From assembly GCA_964016885.1 (NCBI GenBank), contig OZ024742.1, forward strand, positions 101,618,001 to 101,682,000: 64,000 nucleotides of DNA, read 5' to 3'. The notes below the pieces were generated by a model. It was given only the letters and a program-made list of their open reading frames with translations, was not told the origin of the DNA and ran no database searches. Position numbers and translations under genes: made by a program. Origin of the DNA: Eledone cirrhosa. Its lineage: Eukaryota. This document shows, one piece after another, positions 50,191-62,380 of the stretch; within the stretch, counting starts at the first letter, position 1; each line of letters starts with the position of its first letter.

Positions 50191-50231
50191 GTATATGTAT
50201 ATATGTATATATATATGTATATGTATATATG

Positions 50232-50266
<35 letters not shown>

Positions 50267-50844
50267 GTATATGTATATATGTATATATATACATATATAT
50301 GTATATATATATATATATAGTAGAATAATCGAGAATTGGAAAAACAGCTCATGAATTAACGATAAACAATATCCGATATGTGTGGCAGAGGGCTCAATAA
50401 TTTGGATAAATCAGAGCTATAACCATCGTTAAATTACCAACACATAGAGATTATGCCTAAAATCACCCGTACATCCGAAAAAGAATGACCAGGAAGATTC
50501 GGGTCACTCAAACAAAATATCAATAAATTAAATTAATGTAAAAAACTTACCCGGACCCGCTAGAAGGGTGTTAAATCTAGCTTCTTGGGTTTCTGCAATT
50601 CCTTAATCCATTCACTATCAGCCCACATAAAAAATATATAAGACTTCTAGAGAAGGACTGGACGCGGAAGAGCTTTCTCAACGGGTTCCGTCCGATAATA
50701 AAGAAGGGACCCTTAGCCAGAAACGCACATGGTACCCAGCAAGGGAGATAAACTCTATATTAGCGAAATATTTCGGTAATGTGCAAATTATGTAAGGATA
50801 CAAAATATCACATATATATATCACATATATATATATCTATATGT

Positions 50845-51848
50845 ATATTCTTTTACCTGTTTCAGCCATCCGGCTGAGGCCATGCTGGGGCACCGCCCTT
50901 ATTGCTACACATTTTATCTCCAGCCTGTATAGGTTGGCCATTGGTGTAGGAGGGAGTTTGTTGCTACTGCCCTTAGGTTTCCCTCGTGTCTTGCTGTGGG
51001 CTCATCCGGGATCCTGGATAACAAGGTGTCGAGATGTTTCTTAAAGACATCCACCTCCACGTCATGCAAGTCTCTCAGATGCCTCGGCAGCCTGTTGAAG
51101 AGTTGAGGGCCCTTGAATCCCAGGCTATTGCAATACCTGCTCCTTATTCTAGATGTGGAAGACGGGACCTTTGGCACCACACAGTGACGTCCTGTTCGAC
51201 GGTTGGTCCAGCTCCCAATGCCAAAGTTTGGTGCTAGTCCCTCCAGGATTTTCCACATGTAGATCACTGCGTATCTCTCCCGTCTTCGCTCCAAGGAGTA
51301 GAGGTTCAGTTCCTTTAGCCTCTCCCAGTAGCTTGTCTCCCTTATCTTGGCAATCCTCTTGGTGTAGCTTCGCTGGATTGCCTCAAGCTCCGTGGTTAGT
51401 TTGACACTATGGGGTGACCACAGCTGGGAGCAGTAGTCCAGGCGGCTTAGGACAAAAGTCCTCCACAGTGTCAACATGGTGTCTCGATCTCTTGTAAGGA
51501 AAGTCCTCAAGATCCAGCCAGCGAATCGTCTACATGTTGTCGCCACCTTCATCATGTGTGAAGAAAAAGATGCATCATCGCTCATGTCTATGCCCAGGTC
51601 TCGTATCGATTTTGACACGGGGATATTGGTCCCTCCGGGTCCTGTGTAGCTGTGTTCCACTATATTTGTGTTTGCAGGTTTGTATTGTAGGGCTTGGAAT
51701 TTGCCAGCATTAAACTGCATGTTGTTTTCTTCCGCCCATCTATATATGGCATCCAGATCCTGCTGTAAAGGGGCAGCGTCAGCCGGGTTTTTGATTGTCT
51801 GTGCTACCTTAGTGTCATCAGCATAGCTAGTGAGGGATGTTGTTGCAT
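50845..51848 (-). mobile_element. CR1/L2-group LINE 3' part, running into the gap
   Basis: SYADDTKV, MQFNAGKFQ, RDLGI, RLDYCSQLWSP and LYSLERRRER. 3' tail GGGCGGTGCCCCAGCATGGCC..GCTGAAACAGGTAAAAGAATA. Confidence 0.9.
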
Positions 51849-52048
51849 NNNNNNNNNNNNNNNNNNNNNNNNNNNNNNNNNNNNNNNNNNNNNNNNNNNN
51901 NNNNNNNNNNNNNNNNNNNNNNNNNNNNNNNNNNNNNNNNNNNNNNNNNNNNNNNNNNNNNNNNNNNNNNNNNNNNNNNNNNNNNNNNNNNNNNNNNNNN
52001 NNNNNNNNNNNNNNNNNNNNNNNNNNNNNNNNNNNNNNNNNNNNNNNN
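51849..52048. other. Assembly gap (200 N)
   Basis: Run of N. The round size suggests a placeholder of unknown true length. Confidence 0.99.
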
Positions 52049-52206
52049 GATACAATTAAAATGTTAGTTATTCAGAGAGAAAGAGAGAGAGAGTTGGAAG
52101 GACAATGTGACATGGGAGGGTGTGTGGTATCTTTGCAGTGGAGTGGTGGGGGCAGGTATACCTAGCCGGGCGCCAGCTAACACTTCATAATATTCACATT
52201 TACCAC

Positions 52207-52402
52207 TATTGTAAACTGTACGTTTTATTGTAAACTCCATATTCTATTGTAAATTCCATATTCTATTGTAAACTCCATATTCTATTGTAAACTCCATATT
52301 CTATTGTAAACTCCATTCTATTGTAAACCCCACGTTCTATTGTAAATTCCACGTTCTATTGTAAATTCCATGTTCTATTGTAAACTCCATGTTCTATTGT
52401 AT
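52207..52402. repeat. 19-bp minisatellite (TATTGTAAACTCCATATTC), ~10 copies
   Basis: Read directly. Variants CCAC/CCAT and GTTC/ATTC. Confidence 0.92.
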
Positions 52403-52496
52403 TTTTTATATAACTTTATTTCAATTTTTTTTATTATCATTATTTTCTCTTTTTCCTTTTCCTTCATCTCCCACCCAATATTTAATTGATTTTCAG

Positions 52497-52632
52497 TCTG
52501 TGGAGAGATGTTACCTATAACTTAAAGATAAAAAATATTAACAATGCAACTGAAGCTAAACATCATCTAGAGCAACGACAGCGAGATGAAGCTAAAGAAA
52601 GGAAAGAAAAATCAATGGTTTGGGAAACCAAA
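52497..52632 (+). CDS. OSBPL9: Penultimate coding exon of OSBPL9/ORP9-like oxysterol-binding protein: [45 protein letters not shown]
   Basis: Polypyrimidine tract with ttttcAG acceptor and AAA|GTAAGA donor. Matches the ORD C-terminal motif LW.DVT..L...A.EAK..LE.RQR..A.ER...WE. Confidence 0.93.
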
Positions 52633-52799
52633 GTAAGAATACATTTTACTGTCATTTCTTAATATTTTATTTCTCTATTTTACTACTTTGTCATTTTGAG
52701 CTACTATTTAGAATTTTTACTAAACAATATGTTGTTGCTGATTCAACAAAGACAATATAGGGCTCGAAAGGATCCTTCTGTCTGGACAAACACGGGATA

Positions 52800-53095
52800 A
52801 CCTCTCTAGTGTTGGTGCCTCAATAAAACTCATCTAGTTCACTGTGTTAAGTGATAGTGCTGGTGTTATGATACAATGTACCCAGACAACTTTGTAAAGT
52901 GTTAATGGTGGTGCAACAACAAAATGCACCTAGAACACTATGTAAGGTGGTTGGCAGCATTAGAAAGACCTTCCAGCTATAGAGGCCATGACAAATATGG
53001 AACGTATGAGCAAGATGAGGTTACTCTGACCCATCTGGTCTCGGACTATGACAACCTGTCCAACTATGCCAGCATGGAAAATGGAATAAAATGAT
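52800..53095 (+). mobile_element. Degenerate RTE-tail SINE with internal tandem units
   Basis: ggtgcc.caataaaa..cac repeats, then a ccaactatgccagcatggaaaatgga tail. Confidence 0.6.
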
Positions 53096-53489
53096 AACAT
53101 TTTAGCTACAATTCAATGACTATTACTAATTCAATTATTATTTTGTTGGTTTATTATTACTTATCCAGCTAAGAAACTAACATAAGATTCTTTAAGGAAT
53201 TTTCCTGGTAAAACGAGATGCTCTTTTGATCAGATGTTTTAGATCTATATATCATCATCAGTTTAAATTATGTTAGCCTCAGGCCAACTCTGATGAAGCA
53301 GATCTTTGATTAAAATTATCCCAACATGGTCAACTATTCATTTTTTTTACATACACAGTATACCTAGAGCCATATTATCCAACAAGTTCTTTTTGCTGCA
53401 GGTCAGATGATCACACAGTAGTTCCCTCATTAGCTCTGTCTTTCAGATTGACATGAGTTGGATATGTGTTATAAAAAGACAAACTGTTA

Positions 53490-54420
53490 AAAAAATAGTG
53501 CTATGTAATTTGAAGTCAGTAAATTTCTATGCTTAATAATTTTGCTATTTAGTATAATCACTGAGAATTTAAAACACAAGTTTCCTCCTTGGACTGTTGC
53601 TACTGGTTCTGATCTTTCAGTTGAATGTAGTGCAGCTTCTTGAAATGAAGTGTTTTGCTGAAGCATATTTAGCAGTATGGTTAGTCGTGGTCGCCACTTT
53701 AACAGTGTAGTAGGATGATGGTTGTTAGTTGCCAGTGTGGTAAGTGATAGTATCCTCGTTGGATTATCTTGTCGACATAGACGTGAGGGAAGGTCCCTCG
53801 ATCTATTTACCATCTTAGTATTTACAATATTCCTTTCGTCGGGTCGCCAATTCCAGCAGCATCGATTATAAATGTTATTGAGACACGAGTAACATAACAA
53901 TGATTTCAACAGCAGAAATTAGAGATGAAATGTATGTTTATTTTTGATGTAGCACAAACAATGTTTGTTAACTTATATGGTTGAAGTTACAAATAAAAAG
54001 AGGTTACAAAAGGGAATGTGCCATTGCGCCGAAAAGCCGGCGAGGCTAGGGTGCAATATCTCACCGTTACATTATGCGTGTTGCTGGTTCGAAGTTTCTG
54101 GTACAAGAGAGAGATTCTTCAAATCTTCGCGGTGAATTTCTTCCTCAGGGCGCGTAGGGATACATCCTCTTCTACTGGCGCTGATTGACTGAACTGAGCC
54201 AAATCACGCACAGAGAATGTATGTGAGCCCGCGGAATGTAGGTCACTACAGATACAATGCACTCTTTGATTCAGGAATCAAACATACGATCTTATGTGCG
54301 AGTCTAATATCCTCACTATCAGGCTGCTCATTCAAAATTTGCAAAAAAGAATTATCAGTAAATATTTTCATTGGCTTGCAAAGCTGGTATAGGTCTTCTC
54401 ATAGGTATGGAGTATAAGGA
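53490..54420 (-). mobile_element. Possible LTR-retrotransposon remnant (LTR + PBS + degenerate gag start)
   Basis: CpG-richer than its flanks. PBS-like TGGCGACCCGACG on the minus strand (53837-53849), followed by a short ORF. No canonical ..CA LTR end. Confidence 0.33.
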
Positions 54421-54727
54421 AACTTTACAGTTGTTATAGAATTGTAATTATTGAGTGAATGTGTGAGATATCAAACATTTTTTTTAATTTGTGCAGTTGA
54501 TTTCTATTCACTAGATGCTGGCTCTCTCTCTCTCATTATATCAGCATCATCATCACCTTTTAACGTCCATTTTTCTTCACACTGGCATGGGTTAAATGAG
54601 TTGTCCCATGTCAAGTCAGATGACCTTGTCTTGCTCATACAGAACTGTTTCTGGCTTGGTTTCTACAGATGGATGCCTTCTTAACGCCAACCACATTTAC
54701 AGTGTGGACTGGGTACTTTATATATAT

Positions 54728-55069
54728 ATCATCATCATCATTTCATTTTACGTCCGCTTTTTCCCTGCTTGCAAGGATGGGTTGGGAACTGATTCTGGCT
54801 TGATTTCTACAGCTGGATGCCCTTCCTAACACCAAATTCATTTACAGTGAGTGCTGGGTGCTTTTTTGCCGTGGCACCTCCACGACCACTTTGCAGTAGA
54901 ATGATATGGACTCCAGTCCCTATCATCTCATTTCTACAGCTGAGTAAACTGGAGCAATGTGAAATAAAGTGTCTTGTTCAAGGAAACAACACATCACCCG
55001 GTCTGAGAATTGAACTCACAATCTTTCGATTGCAAGGCCAATGCTCTAACCACTAAGCCATGTGCCTCC
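54728..55069 (-). mobile_element. Second copy of the chimeric tRNA/RTE-tail SINE
   Basis: Near-identical to 22473-22816, flanked by TTATATATATA on both sides. Confidence 0.9.
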
Positions 55070-55260
55070 TTATATATATATATATATATAATCAAAATTA
55101 TGGATGTCATGCCAGAAAGGCATGCGCCATATCACCCGGAAAATATGCTCTAAGATTCTAACGAGTGGGTTCGAGCATTTTATAATAATTAGAAATTGAT
55201 TAGCATATATATAAACATGAATAATCACAGGAGATCATTTTTACACCATATATATTTGTG

Positions 55261-55862
55261 TGTCAGGTCACCAGTTGGTGCTACTGGTAACATGTATCCC
55301 AGTACAACCTGTCTCATGGTCGGGTCATTGGCGACTAAACTGGCAACCCCACCAAGGTTTCTTGGTGAGGAGGGTGACTTTGGACATCCTGCAGGACTAA
55401 AAACAAAACCTGTCAAAGGGCAAAGGAGCTCTTAAGAGTCAATGGCCATCCAAAATCACCAGGAGAGATGACCCCTTAGCCTTTGTCAAGGCAGAATTCT
55501 AGAAGGAAAACTCTGATATAACACCTGCAACCCTGATGGTATCCAATGATGTTGACTTGTTCTTCTTTTTAGTAAATATCATCTTGGTTAAGAGAGTGGG
55601 ACTGGCTTTGTGCAGTGCCTTTGCTCACTATAAAAGCTTCACGGCACAGGCATTGCTTTATATCTGGAGATCTCTCTGCACTTGTCGTCACATGGTACCA
55701 TGGGCCCAGCACTATGTGTCAATAATTGTCACAAGTGTAGTGTTTGTACCAGAGTTTTCAAGTCACTGGCTGGACTAAAAAGTCACTCTTTCAGCGCATC
55801 GGTAGGGGTTCTACATGGATATAAAGTAGTGGCCGTACTCGAAAACGAGTTGGCAGCCACCA
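55261..55862. mobile_element. ~610-bp element, copy 3 (solo), in the last OSBPL9 intron
   Basis: Same ends and sequence as 25958-26567. Confidence 0.88.
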
Positions 55863-56293
55863 TTATATATATATATAAGAGAGAGAGTTTACAAAAAGCA
55901 TCCATCCCACCGTGTAAAGTGGTCATATCATACTGGTGCCATAAAAAAAGCTCCAAGTACAGGCTGTGAAGAGGTTGGCATTAGGAAGGGCATTCAGAAA
56001 CCAAACCTAAATGGAATATGAGAGCAATATGTAGCCACCTGACCAGTCTTGCCTCAGAACATGACAGCCTGTCTAACCCATCCAAGCATGAAAAATAGAT
56101 ACTAAATGGTGATGTTGATGATGTCCCTGCACTTCTTCTATAACTTACTCAATGAATATTGTATCAGTCCTTCCTCTTTCTATTGTTTCTGACATAAAAA
56201 CAACTAATGGATTGTCATGCTTGTTTTTATACTATTTCCGAATTTAACTTTATATCATCTTACATAATCAGCAAAATTCCATTCTATTTTCAG

Positions 56294-56407
56294 TACTTCC
56301 ATGAAGTTGGAGAGCATTGGGTCTATGATAACCCCCTACTGAAGAGAGTCCCACCCCGGTCATCAGCTGGCAATACCAATTCTGCCTTACAACAACAAAC
56401 CACATGA
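56294..56407 (+). CDS. OSBPL9: Last coding exon of OSBPL9-like gene: YFHEVGEHWVYDNPLLKRVPPRSSAGNTNSALQQQTT*
   Basis: ttttcAG acceptor, phase 0 compatible with the 52632 donor. Matches vertebrate ORP9 C-terminus LFHEDGECWVYDEPLLKR (recalled). TGA at 56405-56407. Confidence 0.93.
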   Translation, partial: YFHEVGEHWVYDNPLLKRVPPRSSAGNTNSALQQQTT

Positions 56408-58029
56408 GCTGATTTTAGCTTTGTTATGTGACCTCGACAGTTATAAATACACCTCAGCAGATGTATAGCTGCAGCTATTCAATTTCAAAATACTCTGCCT
56501 TCTTACTGTTGCTCTCTATCAAGAGCTCTTCTGTACATCTAAAAATCAAAGAAACTTTACACATTTTTTCAAGGCTTTAAGGGCAGAGTTGAACGAAGTC
56601 ACCAGAATAGCTTTAATACATACAGTCAGGAAAAAAAATTTATATATATATCTACTTTGCCCTTTTAAGTCTAAAATCACAAAAGTCACGAACACTTTGC
56701 TTCAAGGGGTTAACACTAACAGGATACTAAAGGAACTAAATAAATGTTTAAAATGACTGAAAATAACAAAAATAAAGAGAGATGGCATGAAAAAAAATTG
56801 AGATTTACACTAATGATTTTTTTTTCATTTTCTCAAAACCAGCAGTTCTCCCCTGTAATTCTGCCTTTTGTATTTTTATTCTTCCCTCTTCCATGTACAA
56901 GTGTTTTTCATTTTGACTTTCTCTTAGAGAAATAGATCCATAATTTTTGGATTGGGATACTGGAAGAGATGTTTCTGACAAAACCAAAGTATTATCGAAA
57001 GTGACATTTGTGTGTATTGACGGTTAGGTCTCCCTGTCTGATCAAATATAAGTGTGTGTTGGTGTCTGTCTCTGAGCATGCATGCATGTGTGTGTGTGTG
57101 TTGGTGGATGGGTGAGTGTGCCTATCTGTGAGTAATGCATGTATCTATGGATGTGTTGGTGGATAGTTAGGCACGCTTGTCTGTGAGTATGCACATATTG
57201 GTGGATGATTTGTGTGTGTGTGTGTGTGTGTAGATCTGCCGACCTGAACATTAATGCATGTGTGCATGTATATGTTGGTATACCTGTCTGAGCATGCATG
57301 TGTGTATGTGGATTTATAGACATGCCTGTCTAAGCATGTATATGCAGCACATTTACCATAAAATGGGACATTTTATCAAATACTTCTATTTATTATTCTT
57401 ATAAACTTCATTATATTCTGATATTCTATTCTACCATTAATCTATATAGTAGGTGTTTATCAATGTGTCTGCAATTTCTAATAGTTATAAACAAAAGAAA
57501 AAATATGTAAATAAACCTTATGAATTATTAAACTGGTGGGAGTGTTTGAACTTTGAAAATGGGAGAATCCCAAATGCAGAAAATAACTAATAACAGTTGA
57601 GAAAATTGAGTAAACTACCCTTAGAGATGGGAAAAAGTGGACAGGCACCTCTACCCACTTTTTTAATCTCTAAGTGTTATTTTATTTCAACTATTATTTA
57701 TAGTGATTCATTGTTATTACATTAATTTTCTGCATTTGGAACTTTCACATCAAAAAAGAAAAAGAAATGTCCTTATTTCGTATACATTTATTTCATCTAT
57801 TGTTTTTGTTGACGACGATGGTCAGTATTTCTTTTCAAAGTTATGAAGTCTGAGAGTTTTAAGTTAAAAGAAAAATTAAAGGTATTGCATTCATGCATTA
57901 CCTACAGATATTAGTAAAGGCTAAATTGAATCACATGCCCAGATTTCTAAGAAATTATTCCGAGCCTATGACACTTTTCACAATAATAACAATGATGATA
58001 GTGATTGTTGTTGCTGTTGGTATTATTAT

Positions 58030-58805
58030 TTAGGGCAGTGGTTTGGACAAAATGCTTTACGGCATAGAGTTATAGCCCTTTATATTCTGAATTTAAATCC
58101 TGCCAAGGTCAACTTTGCCTTTCATCCTTCCGGGGTTGATAAAATAAAGTGACAGTCAGATACTGGGGTCAATTTAATCGACATTCCCCTCCCTTCAAAT
58201 TACTGGCGCTGTGCCTAAATTATAAACCATTATTATTATTATCATTAGTACATTTTCACTTCAAATCCCAGTAGGCTTGATAAAATAAGTTAGCGGTTAA
58301 GTACAAAGATTGATTTTTAATTGACTGCCCCAAAATGTATGTCCTTATGCCTATGGTAAGGATTGTTATTATTACTAAGGGAAGAAGGGCATTGGATTGG
58401 CAGTATCGGTAGAGCATAGAGTTACAGCCCTTTGTTCTGAATTCAAATCCCACCAAGGTTAGCTTTGCCTTTCATCCTTACAAGGTCGATAAAATAAAGT
58501 ACCAGTGATGCACTGGGGACGATTTAATTGACTTTCCCATCCTCTTCAAATTGTTAGCCTTGTGCCTAAAGGAGAAACGATCATTACTAAGGGAAGAGGA
58601 TTGGCAGAATCATTAGCACGTCAGACAAAATGCTTTGTGGCATTTAGTTACAGCCTTTATTCTGAGTTCAAATCCCACCGAGGTCAACTTTGCCTTTAAT
58701 CCTTTCAGGAGTTAATAAAATAAAGTACCAGTGACATACTGGGGGTCAATGAAATCAACATATCCTGCCCCACTAATTGTTGGATTGAGCCAAAGTTAGA
58801 AATCG
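58030..58805 (+). mobile_element. Head-to-tail array of ~3 family-1 tRNA-SINEs (plus an inverted fragment at ~58255-58370)
   Basis: Repeated TTCAAATCC..CTTTGCCTTTCATCC..GATAAAATAAAGT.CCAGT units. Confidence 0.8.
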
Positions 58806-58978
58806 TTATTACTATTATCATCATTATTATCATTGTTGTTGTTGCTGTTATAAATCATCATTATTATTATTACCATTAATCATATTGAAAAGTAATAAAT
58901 CAACTTGATCTGCCCGCGTCTTCATGGCTTATTATGGTATGTTTATGGTCTTGTGTTTTTTATGTCTTTTTCTTTTAA

Positions 58979-60997
58979 CCCTTTAGCATTTACATTAACA
59001 GAATGGGGTCATACCGAAAGACTGGCGTAGCAGCATCATCATTGACTGCTATAAGGGTAAAGGGGATGTTCTAGATAGGGGAAACTATAGAGGCATTAAG
59101 TTAGTTGACCAGGTCATGAAGGTCACAGAAAGAGTTATAGCGCAACTAATCAGAGAGCGAATTGATCTAGATGAAATGCAGTTTCGGTTTGTATCAGGTA
59201 AAAGTACCACAGACGCTCTTTTCCTTGTACGACAACTACAAGAGAAGTACCTAGCTAAAAGTAAACCCCTCTACTTAGCTTTTGTAAACCTGGAGAAAGC
59301 TTTTGACAGAGTCCCCCGCTCCATTATCTGGTGGGCTCTTAGAAAACTAGGTGTAGATGAATGGCTTGTGAGAGCTATACAAGCTATGTACAATGAAACA
59401 GTCAGTAAGGTTAGAATTAACAATGAATATTGTGAAGAATTTAGTGTAAAAGTTGGTGTTCATCAAGGCTCTGTCCTTAGCCCCCTCCTATCTATTATTG
59501 CCCTTCAGGCTATAACAGAGGAGTTCAAGACCGGCTGCCCATGGGAACTCCTATATGCAGATGATCTAACGCTCATAGCTGAATCAATGGCTGAACTAAA
59601 GAAATTCGAAACATGGAAGCATGGCCTAGAATCAAAAGGCCTTAAAGTTAACTTGTCTAAGACTAAAGTCCTAGTTTGTAGAAAGGAAAATAGGGCACAG
59701 GTGCCCTCAGGGAAATGGCCATGCTCAGTGTGTAGGAAAGAAGTAGGCAGTAATTCAATTTTATGTCCCAAATGCAAAGTATGGGTACATAAAAGATGTA
59801 GTGGGATCACAGGTAAACTATCTAAGAACGTAGACTTTATATGTGGCCAATGCTCAGGTGCAATAAGTAGCAAGTGTCCAAAGGATACTAGCTCCTTCCA
59901 TTGCCCAGATGGTTCTATAGAAATAGTAGACACTTTCCGTTACCTGGGTGACGAAATCAGCAGTGGTGGAGGGTGTTCTGAAAGTACAGTAGCCAGAGTC
60001 AGAACGGGATTGAAAAAGTTCAGAGAGCTTATACCGCTGTTGGCCACAAAAGGTTTCTCTCTAAAAATGAAAGGCAGATTGTATGATGCCTGTATACGAA
60101 CAGCAATGCTACATTGCAGTGAGACATGGGCTTTACGTGCAGAGGACCTGTGTAGACTGGATAGGAACGAAGCATGCATGCTCCATTGGATGTGTAATAT
60201 ACGTGAACGGCAAAGCATAAATGAACTGAGAAATTAGGAATAAGAGGGATCAGATGCTGTTTACTTGAGAGGAGACTACGTTGGTATGGTCACGTGATGC
60301 GCATGAAAGATGACAGCTGTATAAAAAAGTGCAGGGCGATCAAAATTGATGGTAGTTACGGAGTAGGTAGACCCAGAAAAACCTGGGATAAATCTGATAA
60401 ATTCCGACCTCACACTTACATCTCTAAGACAATGTCTCTGGACCGAGATCTTTGGTGCTACGCAGTAATACAGAAGACCCGCCTTGCCTATATACAAAGC
60501 GAAACCAACAGTCAGTAGGCACCTGTTAACCAAATATACACCCCAATTTACTACCCCTACCCTCCCACTCCCACCAACAGCATGAGATCGAGTTCGTGTA
60601 GGTGTCACGACAAAAAAAACACACACACAGTCCATGCTGTAATGTGGTCATGTAGGTAACACGGTAAAAAGTTCCCAGTTCCACACTGTAAATGTGGTTG
60701 GTGTTAGGAAGGGCATCCAGCCGTAGAAAACCTGCCAGATAGTCCTATATGAGCGAGACACGGTCACCCGACTAGCCTTGCCTCAAGTGGGACAACTCCC
60801 GTCTGACCCATGCTAGCGTGGAAAATGGACGTTAAACGAAGATGATGATGATGATGATTACTCTACATTTACTATTGTATTTTCAGTAAACACTTTATCT
60901 TACATAACATCGAATCTATGATATTTTGATATTTATTTTGAGAATACCTTAACATCAGTATGAGTGGCTAGTTACAGCGGGTTTAAATGCTAAAGGG
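58979..60997. mobile_element. piggyBac-type MITE split by an RTE insertion
   Basis: TTAA|CCCTTTAGCATTTA ... TAAATGCTAAAGGG|TTAA. An uninterrupted relative is at ~21550-21680. Confidence 0.85.
58998..60856 (+). mobile_element. RTE-clade LINE family B, 5'-truncated, with 3' UTR and (GAT)n tail
   Basis: ORF 59116..60237 with RT motifs and a PHD-like finger. Frameshifts near the C-terminus. Confidence 0.94.
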
Positions 60998-61082
60998 TTA
61001 AACATTCATGAACAATTGTATTGGAGGATTTGAGATCTTTAACCTGGCTTTCAATCATCGTCTTCATACTTTTCTATTTTTC

Positions 61083-61450
61083 AGTATCAGTAGAGGGTCG
61101 GACGCCATGCTTTCCAGCATAGTTACGTCCCTTTACGATCTGAGTTCAAATCCCGCCGAGGTTGACTTTGCCTTTCATCCTTACGGGGTCGATAAAATAA
61201 AGTACCAGTAATGCACTGGGTAATTGCTGGCCTTGTGCCTAAAGTAGAAACAATTATTTATCAAAAGGCGGTGGATTGGCAGTATCGGTAGAGGGTCGGA
61301 CGCCATGCTTTGACGTATAGAGTTACGGCCCTTGCCATTCTGAGTTCAAATCCCGCCAGGATAACTAAGCCTTTCATCCTTACGGGGTCGATAAAATAAA
61401 GTAGCAGTAATGAATTGCTGGCCGTGTGCCAAAAGTAGAAAAATTATTTA
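61083..61450 (+). mobile_element. Two tandem young family-1 tRNA-SINEs
   Basis: TGGCAGTATCGGTAGAG A-box and GAGTTCAAATCC B-box, with CpGs retained. Confidence 0.85.
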
Positions 61451-61726
61451 TTAAAAATCCTTATACATTTCAGCTTATTCTTGGATAGTAGTTGAATGTC
61501 TTTAACCCCTTTGTGATTGTATTTCTTATGAAATAGTTCAATTAATTGATGAAGGATTTAATAAAATCCTTATTTCATTACTGAGGTAGAAATCTACGAC
61601 ATAGTTCTAATATAAAATTGTTCAAAGATGTTATCATAAATACTCAAATATAGTACCCCGGCCCCTTATATGTCTGAGAAATGGGCAAAATTCAAACCCC
61701 GTTTATAAGCTAAAGTTTGTTTAGAT

Positions 61727-62003
61727 CAGGCATGGGCAACCTTTTTCGAGAAGCGGGACGCATGATATGGCTCATCAGGCTGGCCGTAAGCGCTAATTTA
61801 CATTCGTGCCCACATTTTAAAAAAAAGGGCGATAACTCGGATTGTTTTGATTTGTTTTTTCAGAATTCTTACATGTTTACCTCGATCGTAAAAATGTTAG
61901 AAAGATAAATTACGACTGAAAAGTTGGTAAAAAAAAAATTTGAAAGATTTCACTTAGGTGACTTAGGCGAGCCATTCAGAAAGCTTCGCAGGTTGCCCGA
62001 CTG
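61727..62003. mobile_element. hAT-type MITE with 8-bp TSD
   Basis: TSD GTTTAGAT at 61719-61726 and 62004-62011. TIRs CAGGCATGGGCAACC / GGTTGCCCGACTG. Confidence 0.85.
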
Positions 62004-62380
62004 GTTTAGATGGTGTATATAAACCGATTCCCCACCCTCGTTTTACCATCGATTTTTTTTTTTTTTTTTTTTTTTGTTACATATTCCTTGTCTTATATTC
62101 AATTATACATGCTAATTTAAATCGGAACTCTTTAATATGAGTGGTTTGATTTCAAATCTAGAGGAGTTTTATAATAATAATTGTTTCTACTTTAGGCACA
62201 AGGCCAACAATTACTTTTTTGATGAAGGCATTCACGATCCTCGATTTTTTTTTTTCTAATTTATGGAGATCGGCTGAATTCAGAGGGATATCTCTCTGGC
62301 AGGCTTTGTTTTTTCTCCCTACAGTTATTTTTTTTTTAGGAATAACCAGCTCTTAATTGTGTTGCTATATCTGCTCGGAA

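Noticed and set aside
50590-50625. Hammerhead-like CTGATAG...GAAAC on the minus strand
   Set aside because: Core deviates from CUGANGA and stems I-III do not pair convincingly.
52207-52402. Regularly spaced short repeats resembling a CRISPR array
   Set aside because: Contiguous 19-bp tandem units with no unique spacers and no cas genes, in eukaryotic context.
56739-57515. AATAAA polyadenylation signals for the OSBPL9-like gene (56739, 56771, 57510)
   Set aside because: Several candidates in AT-rich DNA; cannot choose without transcript data.
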